This document shows positions 11,301 through 24,400 of a stretch of 64,000 nt of DNA, piece by piece (position 1 is the stretch's first letter; each line of letters begins with the position of its first letter). A model generated the notes under the pieces. It was given only the letters and a program-made list of their open reading frames with translations, was not told the DNA's origin and did no database searches. Made by a program: the position numbers and the translations under genes. This DNA is from Camelus ferus (Eukaryota): contig NC_045696.1 of the NCBI RefSeq assembly GCF_009834535.1, forward strand, positions 82,772,001 through 82,836,000, written 5' to 3'.

Positions 11301-12945
11301 TTAAGATCTTTGTATGATTCTGCCCCAATGTATTTGTCATGAGTTTCTAAAATCTACTTTTTCTTTTAATGTATTCATTACCTCTGCTTGCATACGGTAG
11401 TCGCTTTCCTGTGAAATAAGATATCAAGGTCAGTGTGTATCAAAATTCATAATTCAGGCAGCTTTTCCACAGCTCACTGGTCTTACCCGATGGCAGAGAA
11501 AAGGCCAAAATATTATGTGATAGAAGGGAAAAAGGGAAGCGAGAAGAGAATACACTTAATTATCCAAGACCTTTCTTTGGAGAAGTAATCATTTTCACCC
11601 TCCTTGGCTGAGTTGCCATGGTCCCCAAATCGGAAGAATTTGTATCGAAAAATTGCTCAAAAATTGGTCTACCCAGAGTTCAGGGAATTTCTTCAATGAG
11701 GCCTTGAGTAGAAACCTGGAGATTAAATAGCTGACTAGCCGTGGTCTAATGCTGTGTAGACTAGACTATTACACCAACATAAATACAGAGTGGTAACAGC
11801 AGATTGATCAACTTTGGTGGAGGATTTCAGCTTTGATGCCAGAAATTCAAAATTACCCTGGCAGAGGAGAAGGATACACTTAATGTTTTCTGGAAGAAAC
11901 ATGCAAATTACCTCATTTTTAAACATTCCCTCGAGGCAACTATTATTTTTTTATCCCATTCCCAAGTATTACTCACAAAGTGGAGGAAAGGGATGACCAA
12001 TTTCTTAAAATGCTCTTGACAGTATTTATAATGTATATTGTAGCCTTAGCTGAAGGCCAGGTACCTTTACAGCAGGCTATTTATACTTCCCTGGCTTTGC
12101 TCTTTCCTTCCCTTTCCTTTCTCTTCTCTTTATTCTTTCTTTCATCGTGGACATCATTTTAATTCAATTTTTTTAAAACCAGCATTAGCATTTTGTGAGT
12201 CATTCGTCTTACATGCATTGTCACTGCGCCGGCCATCTCCCTGGAAGGCTGCCACGAAGCTGTCTCTGCCCCGCTCCAGCTCTTGCTGCCCTCGGACTTA
12301 TTTCAGGAGAATCAGCATCTTGGCGTCTTAGAAGTTAGATGGCTCTAAGCCTACTCTGCTAGGACTGGGACTCTGGGAAATCACAGCTCGTGGCCTCAGT
12401 TTCCCCCTCTGTAAAGTCACGGAAATGAGGGTGTGAGAAAGTAAGCGCGGGGAGCCTGGACATCCTCTCCCACCTTTCCTGTCGTGCGGCTCAGAGCCTG
12501 CCTTTCTGAACCTCCTTCTGCTGGTGCCTGAGCACATCTGCTGAATCCAGCTTCAGACAGCTTGATACCACCATCCAACATCTCCCTGAGTGGAAACATG
12601 GCACCTCTCAGGCTAGCTCTGTCTTCTGCCAACTTGAGATCTGTGCTATTGAATCCACTTATTTTCCTCTAGCATTCTCTCGGTAAATGTCATGGCCTGG
12701 GTAGCACTTGAATTCCTTGAAATGACAACTGTTAGAAATAATTGATCAAAAGGTAAAATCATATCTTGGTACTGGAATGTGTATGCCACAGAATTATTTT
12801 TATTTCAAGATAACTTATATATAACCTTGAATTTCAAGTTCAGTGGAACAGGCAATGTATTTGTTTAGAGGGCTGGACCATTAAAGTCAACTTTTTTTTT
12901 TCTTGTTTGAATTGGATAAAACTGTAATATATCCTTTACGTCACA

Positions 12946-12973
12946 GTAGCACCCTAGTGGTTATCATATTGCA
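12946..12973 (-). promoter_or_regulatory. Candidate CTCF site with upstream (ZF9-11) module
   Basis: Minus strand reads TGCAATATG-ATAA-CCACTAGGGTGCTAC: a core close to CCASYAGRKGGCRS, plus a TGCAR-type upstream motif at roughly the usual spacing. Confidence 0.55.
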
Positions 12974-14727
12974 TTAGTTACATGAGTTTTCAGGGAACAC
13001 TATACGGTATATACTGCCTCCAGTAAATACACCAGTCATGCTTATGGTTACATAGTCAGCACCAGGAAATTTAGGATGACATTCCCTGCAGGTTAGTAAT
13101 TCGACCCATTATTTATATTGGTTTGATTTGAAACTAGATGAGGCTAAGTATTTTTGAAGAATTTTCTGGCAGAATTCTAGAAAAACTAGGGAAGGAATAT
13201 TTAAAATAGGTTAAATATGTTTGGGTTCGGTTTTTTTTTTTTTTTTGAGATTACCTCAATCTTGTCATAAAGTCAAATCATTGAGAAAGTGAGGAGAGAA
13301 ATTTGCACCTTATGTACAAACACATCTCATCTATAAATTGAAACCACTCACAAATAAAATGCTATCTTGGGTGTGCACTTACAGCTGCTCCAGGGAAACA
13401 AAATTATCCCAATTCTTAAAAACTGGAGAAAAATTAGTAATGAGGCTGTGACAGGGGAGTTGAAGCAGATGTGGAAATTGTGGAACATCATCTTGGCAGT
13501 TGAAGTAGCCTTACCAGCTGGATGTCTTCTCAAAGTGGGAATTTATCATGTTTAAGCCACAATACAGAAGTCAGTACTTGAAAATGGTTGTCATAACAGC
13601 ACAAGATTTTGATGCAAACACTAGATGATTATAATGAACTTGACCAACAAAGTCTATGCTGCCGTAGTGAATTGACTAGATTATTTTGAGTTTCTAAAAA
13701 AAATATTACTTCCAAGGAGATCAAAGAATTTCACCTCTTCTAGCATATTTGCCTCAAGGGGAAACAGAAAAATAAGGAGGCTGATCACTGAGACTTCCCC
13801 TGAGCTACGCCATTTTGTTTTATTTAATGATCTACAATCACCTATGTCCCCCTATGAAAGCATCCTGACACCTAGTGTCCAAAAGAAGCAGTAAAAGCAA
13901 AGAGAAAAACCAAAGTCTACAAGTTTGTTTGTTTTTGTCAGTTTAGGAATGGTGTCTCACCAGCAAGAATCTCACAGGCTTCTAATTTATAAGAGGATAC
14001 TACTCAGTTCACAAGATTGGTGTGTTAGTTAAGTGAGATATTGTGCTGGTTTTTGTATCGTGGGCACTTGGTGGATATCAGATTTCTTCGGTCTTCTAAT
14101 TCTAATTCAAGCTGTTTGCTTCACTGTCAATTATGAAAAGAATTGCAAGCAATGTGAAAAATTGGTAGCTGTGTGTCTACAGGCAAGTTATCTAAACATG
14201 AAGGAGGTGGATTATCAGGGAAGTGAAATAGGCTTCAGCTCTCCTGCATCCTTTCCTGTGGTGGATCTCTGATCCTCTGGACTGTTTCAGAAGCTGTAGT
14301 CTGGCTCCATGGTCTGCCAGCAGCAATGCCAGCTGTGCACCTTGAGGAGACAAGGACCCTTGTGGGTCCTGGTTTTGCTACCTCTGGACTAGATGAAGTC
14401 CAAGACTGCATCCAGGTTTATCATTCTGCTCTCCTGTTTGCACCATTTATCAGTCTTCTCTGTCCACTTCCAACTTTTTTCATTGCCCTAGAACATTCTA
14501 AGTCTTCTGGAGTGTTTTCCAAAAGTTTTTTCCCCCTCATTTTTCTTATGAAACTCAATAGATATCTCAATGTGAGGGTATATCTGGAAGTAATATTATT
14601 ATGTTTGTCAAGAACATGAAAACTCAGGAAAGTATCATGCAGTGTGGTTTCTTAATATAAATAATAAAATGAAATATACAGAAAAAAATTCTGTCTCTGA
14701 GACAAAGTGCTGTTAATGTGGTGAAGC

Positions 14728-14825
14728 CACTAGAATGTAAGCCTCAAGAGGGCAAGAACTTTGGTTGTGAAGAGTGTCTGGAACAAAGTAGATGCTCACC
14801 AGCATTTGGTGGATGAATCAATCAG
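14728..14825 (+). mobile_element. L2 LINE 3' end
   Basis: 'cactagaatgtaagcctcaagagggcaagaac...agtgtctggaacaaagtagatgctcacc...tttggtggatgaatcaa'. Confidence 0.75.
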
Positions 14826-15527
14826 TGTCTGCTGAATCAGATAAGGAGAAACTCTTGGAACATCTGTTGGCTTGAGAATCTCAGACATTGGCTTCACCAC
14901 TTTAACAGAACATTGTCTGTTAAAGTTTTTCTCGTGTGTGTGTATTTTGTTTTATTTTTTATATTGAGAAACAACACTGAATGACACTTCCCTGAATTTT
15001 CATGTTCTTGACAAACATGGTAATACTTACGTTCAGATAAACCCTCACATGAGGTATGAAAAAGGACAGATATATCTATTGAGTATAAGGAGAAGAAAAA
15101 AAAAAAAAAAGAACTTTGTGGCTAGAGCAAAAACTAAAAGTTAGTTCCTAGGTTTAGAAGCCAAGCCCTTTGATGCGCTCCTGGGATTGTCTTCCCAGAA
15201 GGGTATTCGGGATTCTTTAGATGACTCATTACACCATAGACCTCAGTCTTTCTTTTCTTCCCAGCGACAGCTTCTGGTTGATTACAAATGTTCACGTCAA
15301 GATTTCCACTTTCCCCTCCCTCAAACTTAGTGCTATAACAGAGCTGCACCCTAATGGCCGTGGGAACCCAGAAGAGAGAATTTTGATTGATTAAAAAAAT
15401 GGTGTCACACAGCATTATGAGGAATAATATGAATATGGTTTTGACAAGAAGTTACTAAATATTTTATAGGAACTGCAGTGTCATTATTCTTTGGGTCATC
15501 ATAATATGACTTATCACTTATGCCATT

Positions 15528-15630
15528 GGATTCAATTCAACTTAATCTAATAAGAGTGCTGTGAGGGCCTACCATGAGCTTAGCTGTGTTAAACATGGTT
15601 GGGGTACAAAGAAGTACAAAATGTGATGAG
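15528..15630 (-). mobile_element. L2 LINE 3'-end fragment
   Basis: 'attcaattcaa...gagggcctaccatg...ctgtgttaaac...ggggtacaaaga' resembles a reversed L2 tail. Confidence 0.5.
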
Positions 15631-16784
15631 GGGAGGCCATTTGATTACTCCTTTCCTGGAGTTCCTTTTCTAAATGTGTTTATGTTGAGTTTCTATGTTG
15701 GCATTAAGTTGTGTTAAGCCATTATAACAATTATCGCTGCTTTTTTTCTGGGAGAAATATTCTGCATATATATATATAAATCCAGAAAATAAGATGAACT
15801 ATATATTGACATATTCCATAAGCAATGAAGTTTTCTGAATAAATATATAATATATAAATCCATGTCTCTCTATCATGAAAATATGTAACTTTAAGGTCCT
15901 GATAATTAATATGCTTTCTACTGGTGTATGTTCCCAATGATTTTTAGAAAATGAAATCTAATAGCTCAAGAAAAAAGAAGCAGCAGTTGCTTATTTTACA
16001 AATGGACTTGATGAGAATTCCTTTTGCAACTTGCTAAAGAGATGTTTCTTGCCCCTCTCATTGGTTAGCTTTAGGAAAGTTCATTTTTTACAACTTAAAT
16101 TGTCAGTCATTGTCTAGGTGCAGACAGATTAACAAAGGCACATATTTTTTAAAAAATTGTGGGCACTTTTGTGAACTTGAAATTTCCAACCAAATTCAAA
16201 CCTTTGGCATTGGATTAACATATTGTGTTCATGTTCACATTCATTTATACTTGGCAGGTTGCAGCTTCCTGTTTTGAGGGGGAAAAATGTGAAAAAAAAC
16301 CTAGTTTTTTTTTTTTTAAAAGCTAAAAGCCTCTAGTTTTAAAAAAAACACTCCCAAGGCTTTTGAACGTCAAATGGCTCTCACAGAAAAATATTTGATG
16401 AGTTAAGTGTAAAAAAATAAGAAACATATGGATTAAATTTCACTGAAAATGCACATGGGCTTAAAAATTAAGGGAGAAAGTACTTGGCAAAATGTGGTTT
16501 TGGTTTTGCCAAATTCAAAGTTTGAGAATAGATTAAGACATTGAACAAACCCAAACCATACCTGGCTCAAGCCATCTGCTAGCCTTCCATCTCCAAAAAC
16601 TTCTGAGGAGTCCAGGCCTTTCTAAAACGAGCGATGACACCTGAATTTGCCTTGTGGTGTCTTCTAGTGCCTCTGTAGGCCACCTTCCTAAACTGTGTAA
16701 ATTTATAGCCCCAGACTTTGTTGACAAGTTTGTTATGACAGTACTTCTAAGTGTAAACTTTTAATAAGGAAGGTCTGAGACACT

Positions 16785-16952
16785 ATTATTAATTCAATGG
16801 GTATTATATTTAAATATACCAATTAAGTATTTATAAAACTATACATTGTAGTTATAAATGTTAAACTTGTTTTATATAAAATTTAAATATTTTAGTGTTA
16901 CTATATTTAAATATTTTACTATATAATAGCATACATTTATTAATATTAATAT
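16785..16952. repeat. AT-rich low-complexity tract
   Basis: Almost pure A/T with repeated 'tatatttaaatat' units. Confidence 0.75.
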
Positions 16953-19900
16953 GCACTTGGGCATATCCCATAAATCTTCACTTTTGGGTCTACTGAAACA
17001 CCTTTTCTGTTCTCTTCTGGTGCCTAGCATTTGGAGCATTTGTCATGATTAGCGACATGCAAGTCTTTTCTTCTCTCTCAAACTTAAAATGCACTTTGTG
17101 AGAATTTTTGTCTGATTCGTACTCTTTTTTTGTCAACAATATCTAGGGTAGTATATCTAAATAAATAACTTGAGATGTAATGTATTTCATGCAGAGATAA
17201 TTCTTATAAACTATTTTAATACAGTCTTCAAAAGTGAGCTATTATACTAACCTGTCCAGAGCTATCTCTTCTAAGTTTCTTATATGTTTATAAATACTAT
17301 AATTTTATATTTGATTAGAACTTCCCTACACACACTTCTGATCAAGAATAGGTTTACAATAAATTTCCAACATCAAAGTCTCAATTAAATAAATAGTTAT
17401 CAAAGACTATAAAACAGGTATACAATAGGTGATGCATACAGTTTGGATTGTCTCTTTTCCTCTGTTTCTTCAAAGATAATGTGTCGATAAGTTCATATTC
17501 TGAGTAATTAGAACTCCCCTGAAACACACATGTGCTCCCACAGTCAACAAGGCTTTTAATAAATGAATACTGCTTCACTTTGCAAGCATGTGCCTGCATT
17601 TTAATTATACACATATTCAAAAGTTCCATGTCTCTCTGTAGTGCTGTCCACATTTCAAGCTGGAGACACTTGGCCAAGACTCCCTTCATATGTCCTACAG
17701 GGTTACATATGATGTGGCTCCTCTCCCACTGGGTTACACAGGATATGAGCTGGATCCTGGCGGCTTCTGAAACAAGAATGAGAGAAGCTCTTGTGGAGTG
17801 AATTTAAAGAGAGGAAAAACCTTTCTCTGGCACTGAAGTCACTGGAAGTTTGGCATGTCTAACTGGGAGTAGACCTTGGCTCACAGACCTGAGAGATAGC
17901 TAAACAAAGATTTGTTCAATTTGATAAACCCCCTGCCTAAGACTTCCTTGCCAACTGTCTTTCTAAAGCAGCTCTGCACAGCTGAGTTATAAAGCCTTGA
18001 AAATCAAGGGTTTGTAATGGAAATGCTGACAGATGCAACTAACGTGAAGTTGTACCAACCAAGCATTGCTATCATATTTTATAACTGTCTGAGGCGCTTA
18101 ACGAAAGGAATAGTACATTTGCTTCATGGGCTCGATTTTCTTTGCTAAAAACTACCAAATGCCCTCATGGTAGACTCCTTCACACTTAGAACTGTCCTGA
18201 TTGCTTGTTTTTTATAATGAGAAATGTTGAAACTACCAACTTCCTGTGAGTCTTGAAAGCAGCTGTTGCCTCATCCTATATTCTGGTTTCAAATTTGGTG
18301 AAGAAAACTCAGACCCCACCATTGATGCCTCAGTGTTCACTACTTATGTGTTCTTGGAAAACTGTTCAACTTTTAGCAACTTTACAAAAAAAAATATTCA
18401 TAGAGATAAAACTTCTTTGTAACTTTTGAGCAAATAGGAAAATGTACTCTAATATCAAAGGGTCCGTTGTGTGCCAGTAAGTGAAAGAAAATGCCAGTGC
18501 AGAGTGTTACCATTGTCTTGAAGGTGGTACAGTCTTTGTATGGATATGGAAGTACTCAGTTACATTTACACATCATTTTATATTCTTATTACTTTTTTGT
18601 CAATTCTTAAATTTTATTTAAGACCAAAAACTGACCATACTTTATGTAAACTCAAATTAGATTTCATAAACAATTATTGGTTGAAGACCACAGGAATAAT
18701 TAGGAAATAATTACTCACAGAAATAACAAGCTACAGTGTTTCTTTTCCATCTACAATCGCTGTGAGTTGACACTTGGTTTTCTGAGAAATTCCAGAAGAT
18801 TTAAATATAGTTTAAGTTCTAGAAAAATCTGACTGATATAATTTACTGTAATATTCACGAATGAGAAATGATTACTCCGAAGGCAAAAGAAGGGCTGGTT
18901 AGTCAAACATTTGCCTTTTGTTCTTTCATTTTGCATAAAGGCCTTCGCTTGGTTTGTGGGTTCCTTAGCAGAAAGGAGAAGTTACAGTTAACAAATTAAT
19001 GAAAACCAAGTGATGCCTTTGAAGAATTCTTAAGTGAACCTTAACCAATGCCTTGGGCTACATGTTCAATGTGAACAAAAAAATTAAGGTGAACTGGCCA
19101 CTGCTACTAAGAGTCAATTGACAGAATGCATGGGTCATTAATTTTGTGTCCTTTGTTTTGTCAGTGTGTTTTCGTGAGGCCTGGTAAAGAAAGTAAAACC
19201 ACTGAAGCTGAAAATTGTCTGCTCTGTAGCTCATTTCCCCTCCCAGCATGCACTGACCCAAGGGAGTGGGCTTCAGGTCACCAGCCCCCATTTCCCTTCG
19301 AAACACTCCTGGCTCCTGCAAGTTTGATAACAGATCCGATGGGTTGGGGCAGTGGGTAATTCTTTGCAAGTTTGTGCTTAATCATATGCAGAACGTAAGT
19401 ACCTATAAAAATAAGATGTCTACTCACACTGTTTTATTGTATTTTAAAAATAAATTTTGAAGCAGGCTCTGTAGGCTCAGTTCATTCATTATAGAAGGAG
19501 TGAGAGTAAAACTCAAATTGGTTGGTTCACCTTAATTCCCTGTTGTGTCATTATCAATAATCCCTGAGGGCCACCTTCTGGCTTTTTGTGCTATGAATGA
19601 GGGATATAAAATGCCCATAATACTGGGGTGGCATCCTAGGGCTCTGTTTGGCTTTAAACTATGTTTAAAGTCACTGTACCCAAAATGTTATTACTTATCA
19701 GCAATTCTATAATTCTATATCAATGCAGTCCAGACTTTCGCATTTTATTACCACATAACTTTATTTAAAAACAGATTCTTAAGGATCAAAGTTTATAAAA
19801 GCTCGTGGCCATATCAGGCCAGGTTTTCAAATCTCAGCAACGCTTTTACAGTCCTTAAACTAGAATGGATACAGATTGGCTTGAATTAGAGTGAACATTA

Positions 19901-20069
19901 CCTCTGCCATGGGCAAGGAGCCAGGGAAGCTTTGAAGACCTTAAGCAAAGAATATCTGTAGATTTTGTTGATTGAATTGTTCAGCAGTAGTCCAGGGATC
20001 ACAGAATTTTGTGTTGTTCGGTCATTTTCTTTGGCTATTTATGTCTGTGTGCTTTGCTTATCAGTGGCA

Positions 20070-20085
20070 CTAGTAGGTGGCACTA
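20070..20085 (+). promoter_or_regulatory. Candidate CTCF core motif
   Basis: CTAGTAGGTGGCACTA versus consensus CCASYAGRKGGCRSYA, with one mismatch at position 2. Confidence 0.4.
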
Positions 20086-20197
20086 CATATCAGGTGTAGG
20101 ATTTTGATACAGTCAGAAAAGGTTCTGTTATGGGAATTTCTCTTCCATTTTTATTGACACTTATTATTCATTTACTTGGCTCGATAACCATTTTGGT

Positions 20198-20417
20198 GTT
20201 CATTCATTCATTCACTCATTCCTCATTCATTCAGCAATTATGCCAGGTCCATGGGTGTTAGGTAGACAAGGATAAATTGCATAGTCTCTAATTTAAGAAA
20301 TCTCAGTTTTGTGGGCTTTCAGATACATAAATAAATATGATACACTGTAGACTATGTTGGGAGGTAGAGCCTTTGGGAGAGAGGGAATCCGATCCTACCT
20401 GTGAGTGGGTCAGTGAT
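20198..20417 (-). mobile_element. L2 LINE 3' portion, interrupted by an MLT1A LTR
   Basis: (CATT)n tail 'cattcattcattcactcattcctcattcattcagcaa', then 'tgccagg...tgttagg...atagtctcta...aagaaatctcagt'. L2-like sequence resumes after 20790. Confidence 0.7.
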
Positions 20418-20789
20418 TGTGTTAGTTTTCTTAGGTTACTATCAGACTTTATTTTCTCATGGTTCCTGAGACTCCATATCCAAGATCAAAGTGTTGGCAG
20501 GTTTGTTTTCTTCCAAGGCTGTTCTCCTTGGCGTGTTGATGGCCCCCTTCTCCCTGTGTCGTCACATGGCCTTTCCCTGTGTGTGTGTCTGTCCCTGGTG
20601 CCTCTTTGTGTGTCCAAATTTTCTCTTCTCCTGAAGACACCAGTCAGATTGGTTTAGGGCCCACCCTAATGACTCGTTTTAATGCAGTCACGTCTAGAGG
20701 CCCTATCTCCAAATAAGCCACATTCTGAGGTACTGAGCACTAGGGCTTCAACATACACATTTTGGGAGGATACAAGTCAGCCCTTAACA
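20418..20789 (-). mobile_element. MLT1A/MLT1A0-like solo LTR (ERVL-MaLR)
   Basis: TG...CA termini ('tgtgttagttttc' ... 'cagcccttaaca') and internal motifs 'tccaagatcaaagtgttggcagg', 'cagtcagattggtttagggcccaccctaatgac' and 'ccctatctccaaata...cacattctgaggtactg...tagggcttcaacata'. Degenerate 5-bp TSD gtgat/gtact. Confidence 0.9.
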
Positions 20790-21234
20790 GTACTGAAAGG
20801 AGAGATAAATGTCGAGATGTCATATAGACATGGGATAAAAGGGTTTTCCCAGAACAATGCCTAGAAATACATTCTTAACCTGTTATACCATGTGCAGAAG
20901 CAACCCTAAAACCAAGAATTCGTGCAATGCAAACTGAGAGGTAGATTTAGCAGTTTTCTATTTTATTTGATAACTGCAGATCTACGTTATGCAGAGGACT
21001 GAGCCAGGCTTTGCTGCAGGACACAAGGAAGTAGCCAAGCAAATTATTTGCAGGCCACCAATCTGCTGAATTTCAACATCTTCATCAGAGGGTCTCAATT
21101 CTAGCTACACGTTATAATTACCCCCATAGATTCAGATTAATTGGCTTAGGGTAATTTTCACAAATAATTTGAATGTAATTCTAATGTTAAATGGTTAAAA
21201 ATTGTTAAAAATTCTGAATGCATATATAATAAAA

Positions 21235-21420
21235 ATAATAATGGCTAATGAATCATTTTTATGCTGTGTCAGGTGCAACCCTAAGCTCTTACACATATTA
21301 TCTTATTTAATCTTCATAATGATTCTGTAATGTAGGTATTTTTATGGTAATTCTCATTTTAGAGAAGAGGAAATTGAACAGCTAGGTAGAGCAGCTGGCA
21401 GAAGTCACCTAACTGGTATC
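21235..21420 (-). mobile_element. MIR SINE
   Basis: 'aataataatggctaa...ctaagctcttacacatattatcttatttaatcttcataa...taggtatt...ctcattttagagaagaggaaattga'. Confidence 0.85.
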
Positions 21421-24400
21421 GTATTGACCCAAGTTTTGGTTTAATTCAGTTCCACCACATTTTTAATTAAGTAATTTAAAGAAAAATTTACATTTTGTGT
21501 AGTGAGGCTTCATGTCCAAAAATTCAGTTTAAATGCTAGTAAGGTTTTATTTTATTTTTTTAAGTTTCTCAGTGTCAAAAATACTATAGCATATCCCTCA
21601 CATTTCAGTCCACATTTTGGGGGGTTGTAAGCTAAGCACATAGTAAGTGTTTAAAACGTATTTATTGTCTAAATTGCTAATTAATTTTAGCAGTTCTTTT
21701 AAGGAATAAATTTAAAACCTGTTACATTGTTAGAGTAAAGTCCTTTGTTAATCCTGGGATACAAGAATTAGGCAGATAGCTTTTCTTCTGTACAAGGATC
21801 TTTTTAAATGGTAGGCAGTGGCCAGAGAAATGGGTATGTGTTTCCTATTATTTGTAGCACCTGGAGCTAGTGCACTAATAAATAAGGAACCAGCCCTATG
21901 TCTTTTACATAATGAGACAGTTTAATGCAAAGAACAACAGAAATTAGAAGCAAACACCTTAGAGGAGAGGTGAGCACATGAAAAGTGTATATGCACTGTT
22001 CTAGTTAATAGATGGGATTATTACTTAAATTTTGTAGGAATGTGGTAGGATTTAACGTACTTCTAAGTGAGGTAGGCTTGTGCGCTGCATCTTAGTAAAG
22101 GGATGCTGTAGCAGCTGTGGCTGGGGATGGACCTGTCCATGGAGCCTCTTGCTGTCCACATCGGGTATTATCTGCTGACTAAAGGGCTCGGGAAGGAGGG
22201 GGAAACATGGTCTAAGCCTGAGACCGCCAGCCTCTTTATTGCCAGATTTCGTGTTTATATAGCTTACAGTGTATTTTTCTAAGGGATGAACTATCTCGTT
22301 CAATGGCCTTTATTATTTATCAAAATGAAAAATTGTTTTGTTTATCTGATAATATTTTTAGATAAATAGTAGTTCTAATTTTTTTTTTCAGTTAGGCTCA
22401 AAAATTTCCCCTACAACATGGATTATTTTTGGAAAATATACTATTTTAATTGTAGGCTTGCTTATTATCTATATAAATCAGGCTCAGGGTCAGTATCTAA
22501 GAATGTTCCATTAACTCCAAAGAGAAATGTTCACTTTTATTTGGGAGAAAAAAGTCTTGGCAGACAACTGGGGAACTACCAGATGGCGAAGACTGTGCCA
22601 CATGGATTATAAGTTTTTCCCTCTCTTCTTATTGATGTCTTAAGTTGAACACGTTCCATCTGTCCACTCTCAATAATGAATAGCGACTTTTTTATTGTAA
22701 AGGTAACAAATTCCATATAGGATAAATTAATTCAAGCATATAATGAAATGTGCAAGACTCACAGCTCTGTACTGTGTAGATGTTGAGGATTATGTGGGGA
22801 AGTGTGGAAATCCAATACAATTTCTAGAGCAAAGCATATTTCTATGTGGGGAAGGCATTTAAAAAATTATCTTCCAAGACCTCAATTTTGTTTTCCTCTG
22901 AGGAATTAAAAATCTGAGTGATGGGTTGTAGGTATTGTTTGAATCTGATTTATCTTTTAAATTATTAATTTTATGAAAATGGTCATTTAAAACTAATTAA
23001 TTTCCTATCACCCACAGTAAATTATTTTCCTAGCACACAAGTAAATAATTGAAGAGCTCTAAGCCACCTTTCTTATGTGTTGACTACTGTCTAAATCCAG
23101 CTTGTCATATGTAATATGTAGACAATGTTTTAAAATTTCTTTATTCCTAGCTTTGGTCTTTTTGAGGCAAACTCCTCTGGTTTGAATTTTTTCTTCTACC
23201 TTGTAGCAAGGATGGTGGTTTTTCTATATTCAGACAGTAGTCTGACTAGTCTGTTGCTTTTTACGTATTTTGATATTGATGCTATTATTATTAATAAGAC
23301 CTATACTTTATAATAATAATAACAGATATTATTTAAGCTTTGCATATTTTAAATCATTTTGGTGGGACTGAATCTTTCTTCTGTCTCTGTTAAATGGGTG
23401 CCCCAAACACTTCCAATGGAAAACCAATAAAGGAGTCATACCATTCTTTTATTGTTTAAGCAGGATTAAAATTTAAGCAGCTGTTTGGCCTGGTTACTAC
23501 GTATATTTTTAAAGCCTTGCTTTTTTTTTTTTGGTAGAGGGGAGGGCTGTATATGTCAACTATTTGTAGCGATATGCTTTGAAATGCTGACTCCTTAAAT
23601 AGCTCAAGACCCTGGGTTTTGATGTCTGTTGTGACCATCTTTTCTTTCTTTGAATATTTTTTGGGTCCCCCTTAAATCTTGAATTGGAGGTTACTCTTTT
23701 TTTTTCGCTTCCAGATAATTGAAACTGACCAAACTTGTTAAAGTCAAAACCAACAACGCCAGGCTTTATTACACGCTCCCATGTTTGGTCCCAGACTCTG
23801 GTAGATTCTGCAAATGGCACAATTTATGCAGTGGCATGTCAGAAAGTTAATGCTGTGATTTTCCTCTTCCTAATGGAGAATTAAGAATCTAAAGGGCCTG
23901 AGCTGTTCACATGGACTGAATCCCCACGGCTTGGGTGCAGAGGTCTCACAAAAATTTAGTAAGTGAGAAGGAGAACAAAGATTCTTAGTTGGAGGGGAAA
24001 AAAATTGGATCGCCTGTGGCTGAGAAGCTGAGGGGGACAGGTAGGCACAGTGGGGTGCAGGATAATGAGGCACATGGCAAATGTGATGCACAGATGTTAA
24101 GCCAACTGTAGCTCCGGCTCCCAAGGTTGTGCATGCCACAGCACCATGCCTCGGGGCTATGTCTACACCAGAACATTTGGAGCAGTAAACGACGGCAACA
24201 TTAGGTTCAAATTAATCTATTACTCCAGAGCTGTGAAATGTTGGTTGCTTGTTTCAGAATTACATTGCCTGTGGGTGAAATGTTTTAGGTAGATTTTAAT
24301 GCAAGCTCATGGCTTGCTGAGGAGATTAAGAGGAGAAAGGGAAATTAGAACAGTTAGGAGAGTTGTGGAGGGGCACATTTCTGGTTAAAGTATATGAAAA

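Noticed and set aside
24155..24175. 'ggctatgtctacacca' resembling a Harbinger-type TIR
   Set aside because: No matching second terminus found nearby, and too short to support a call.
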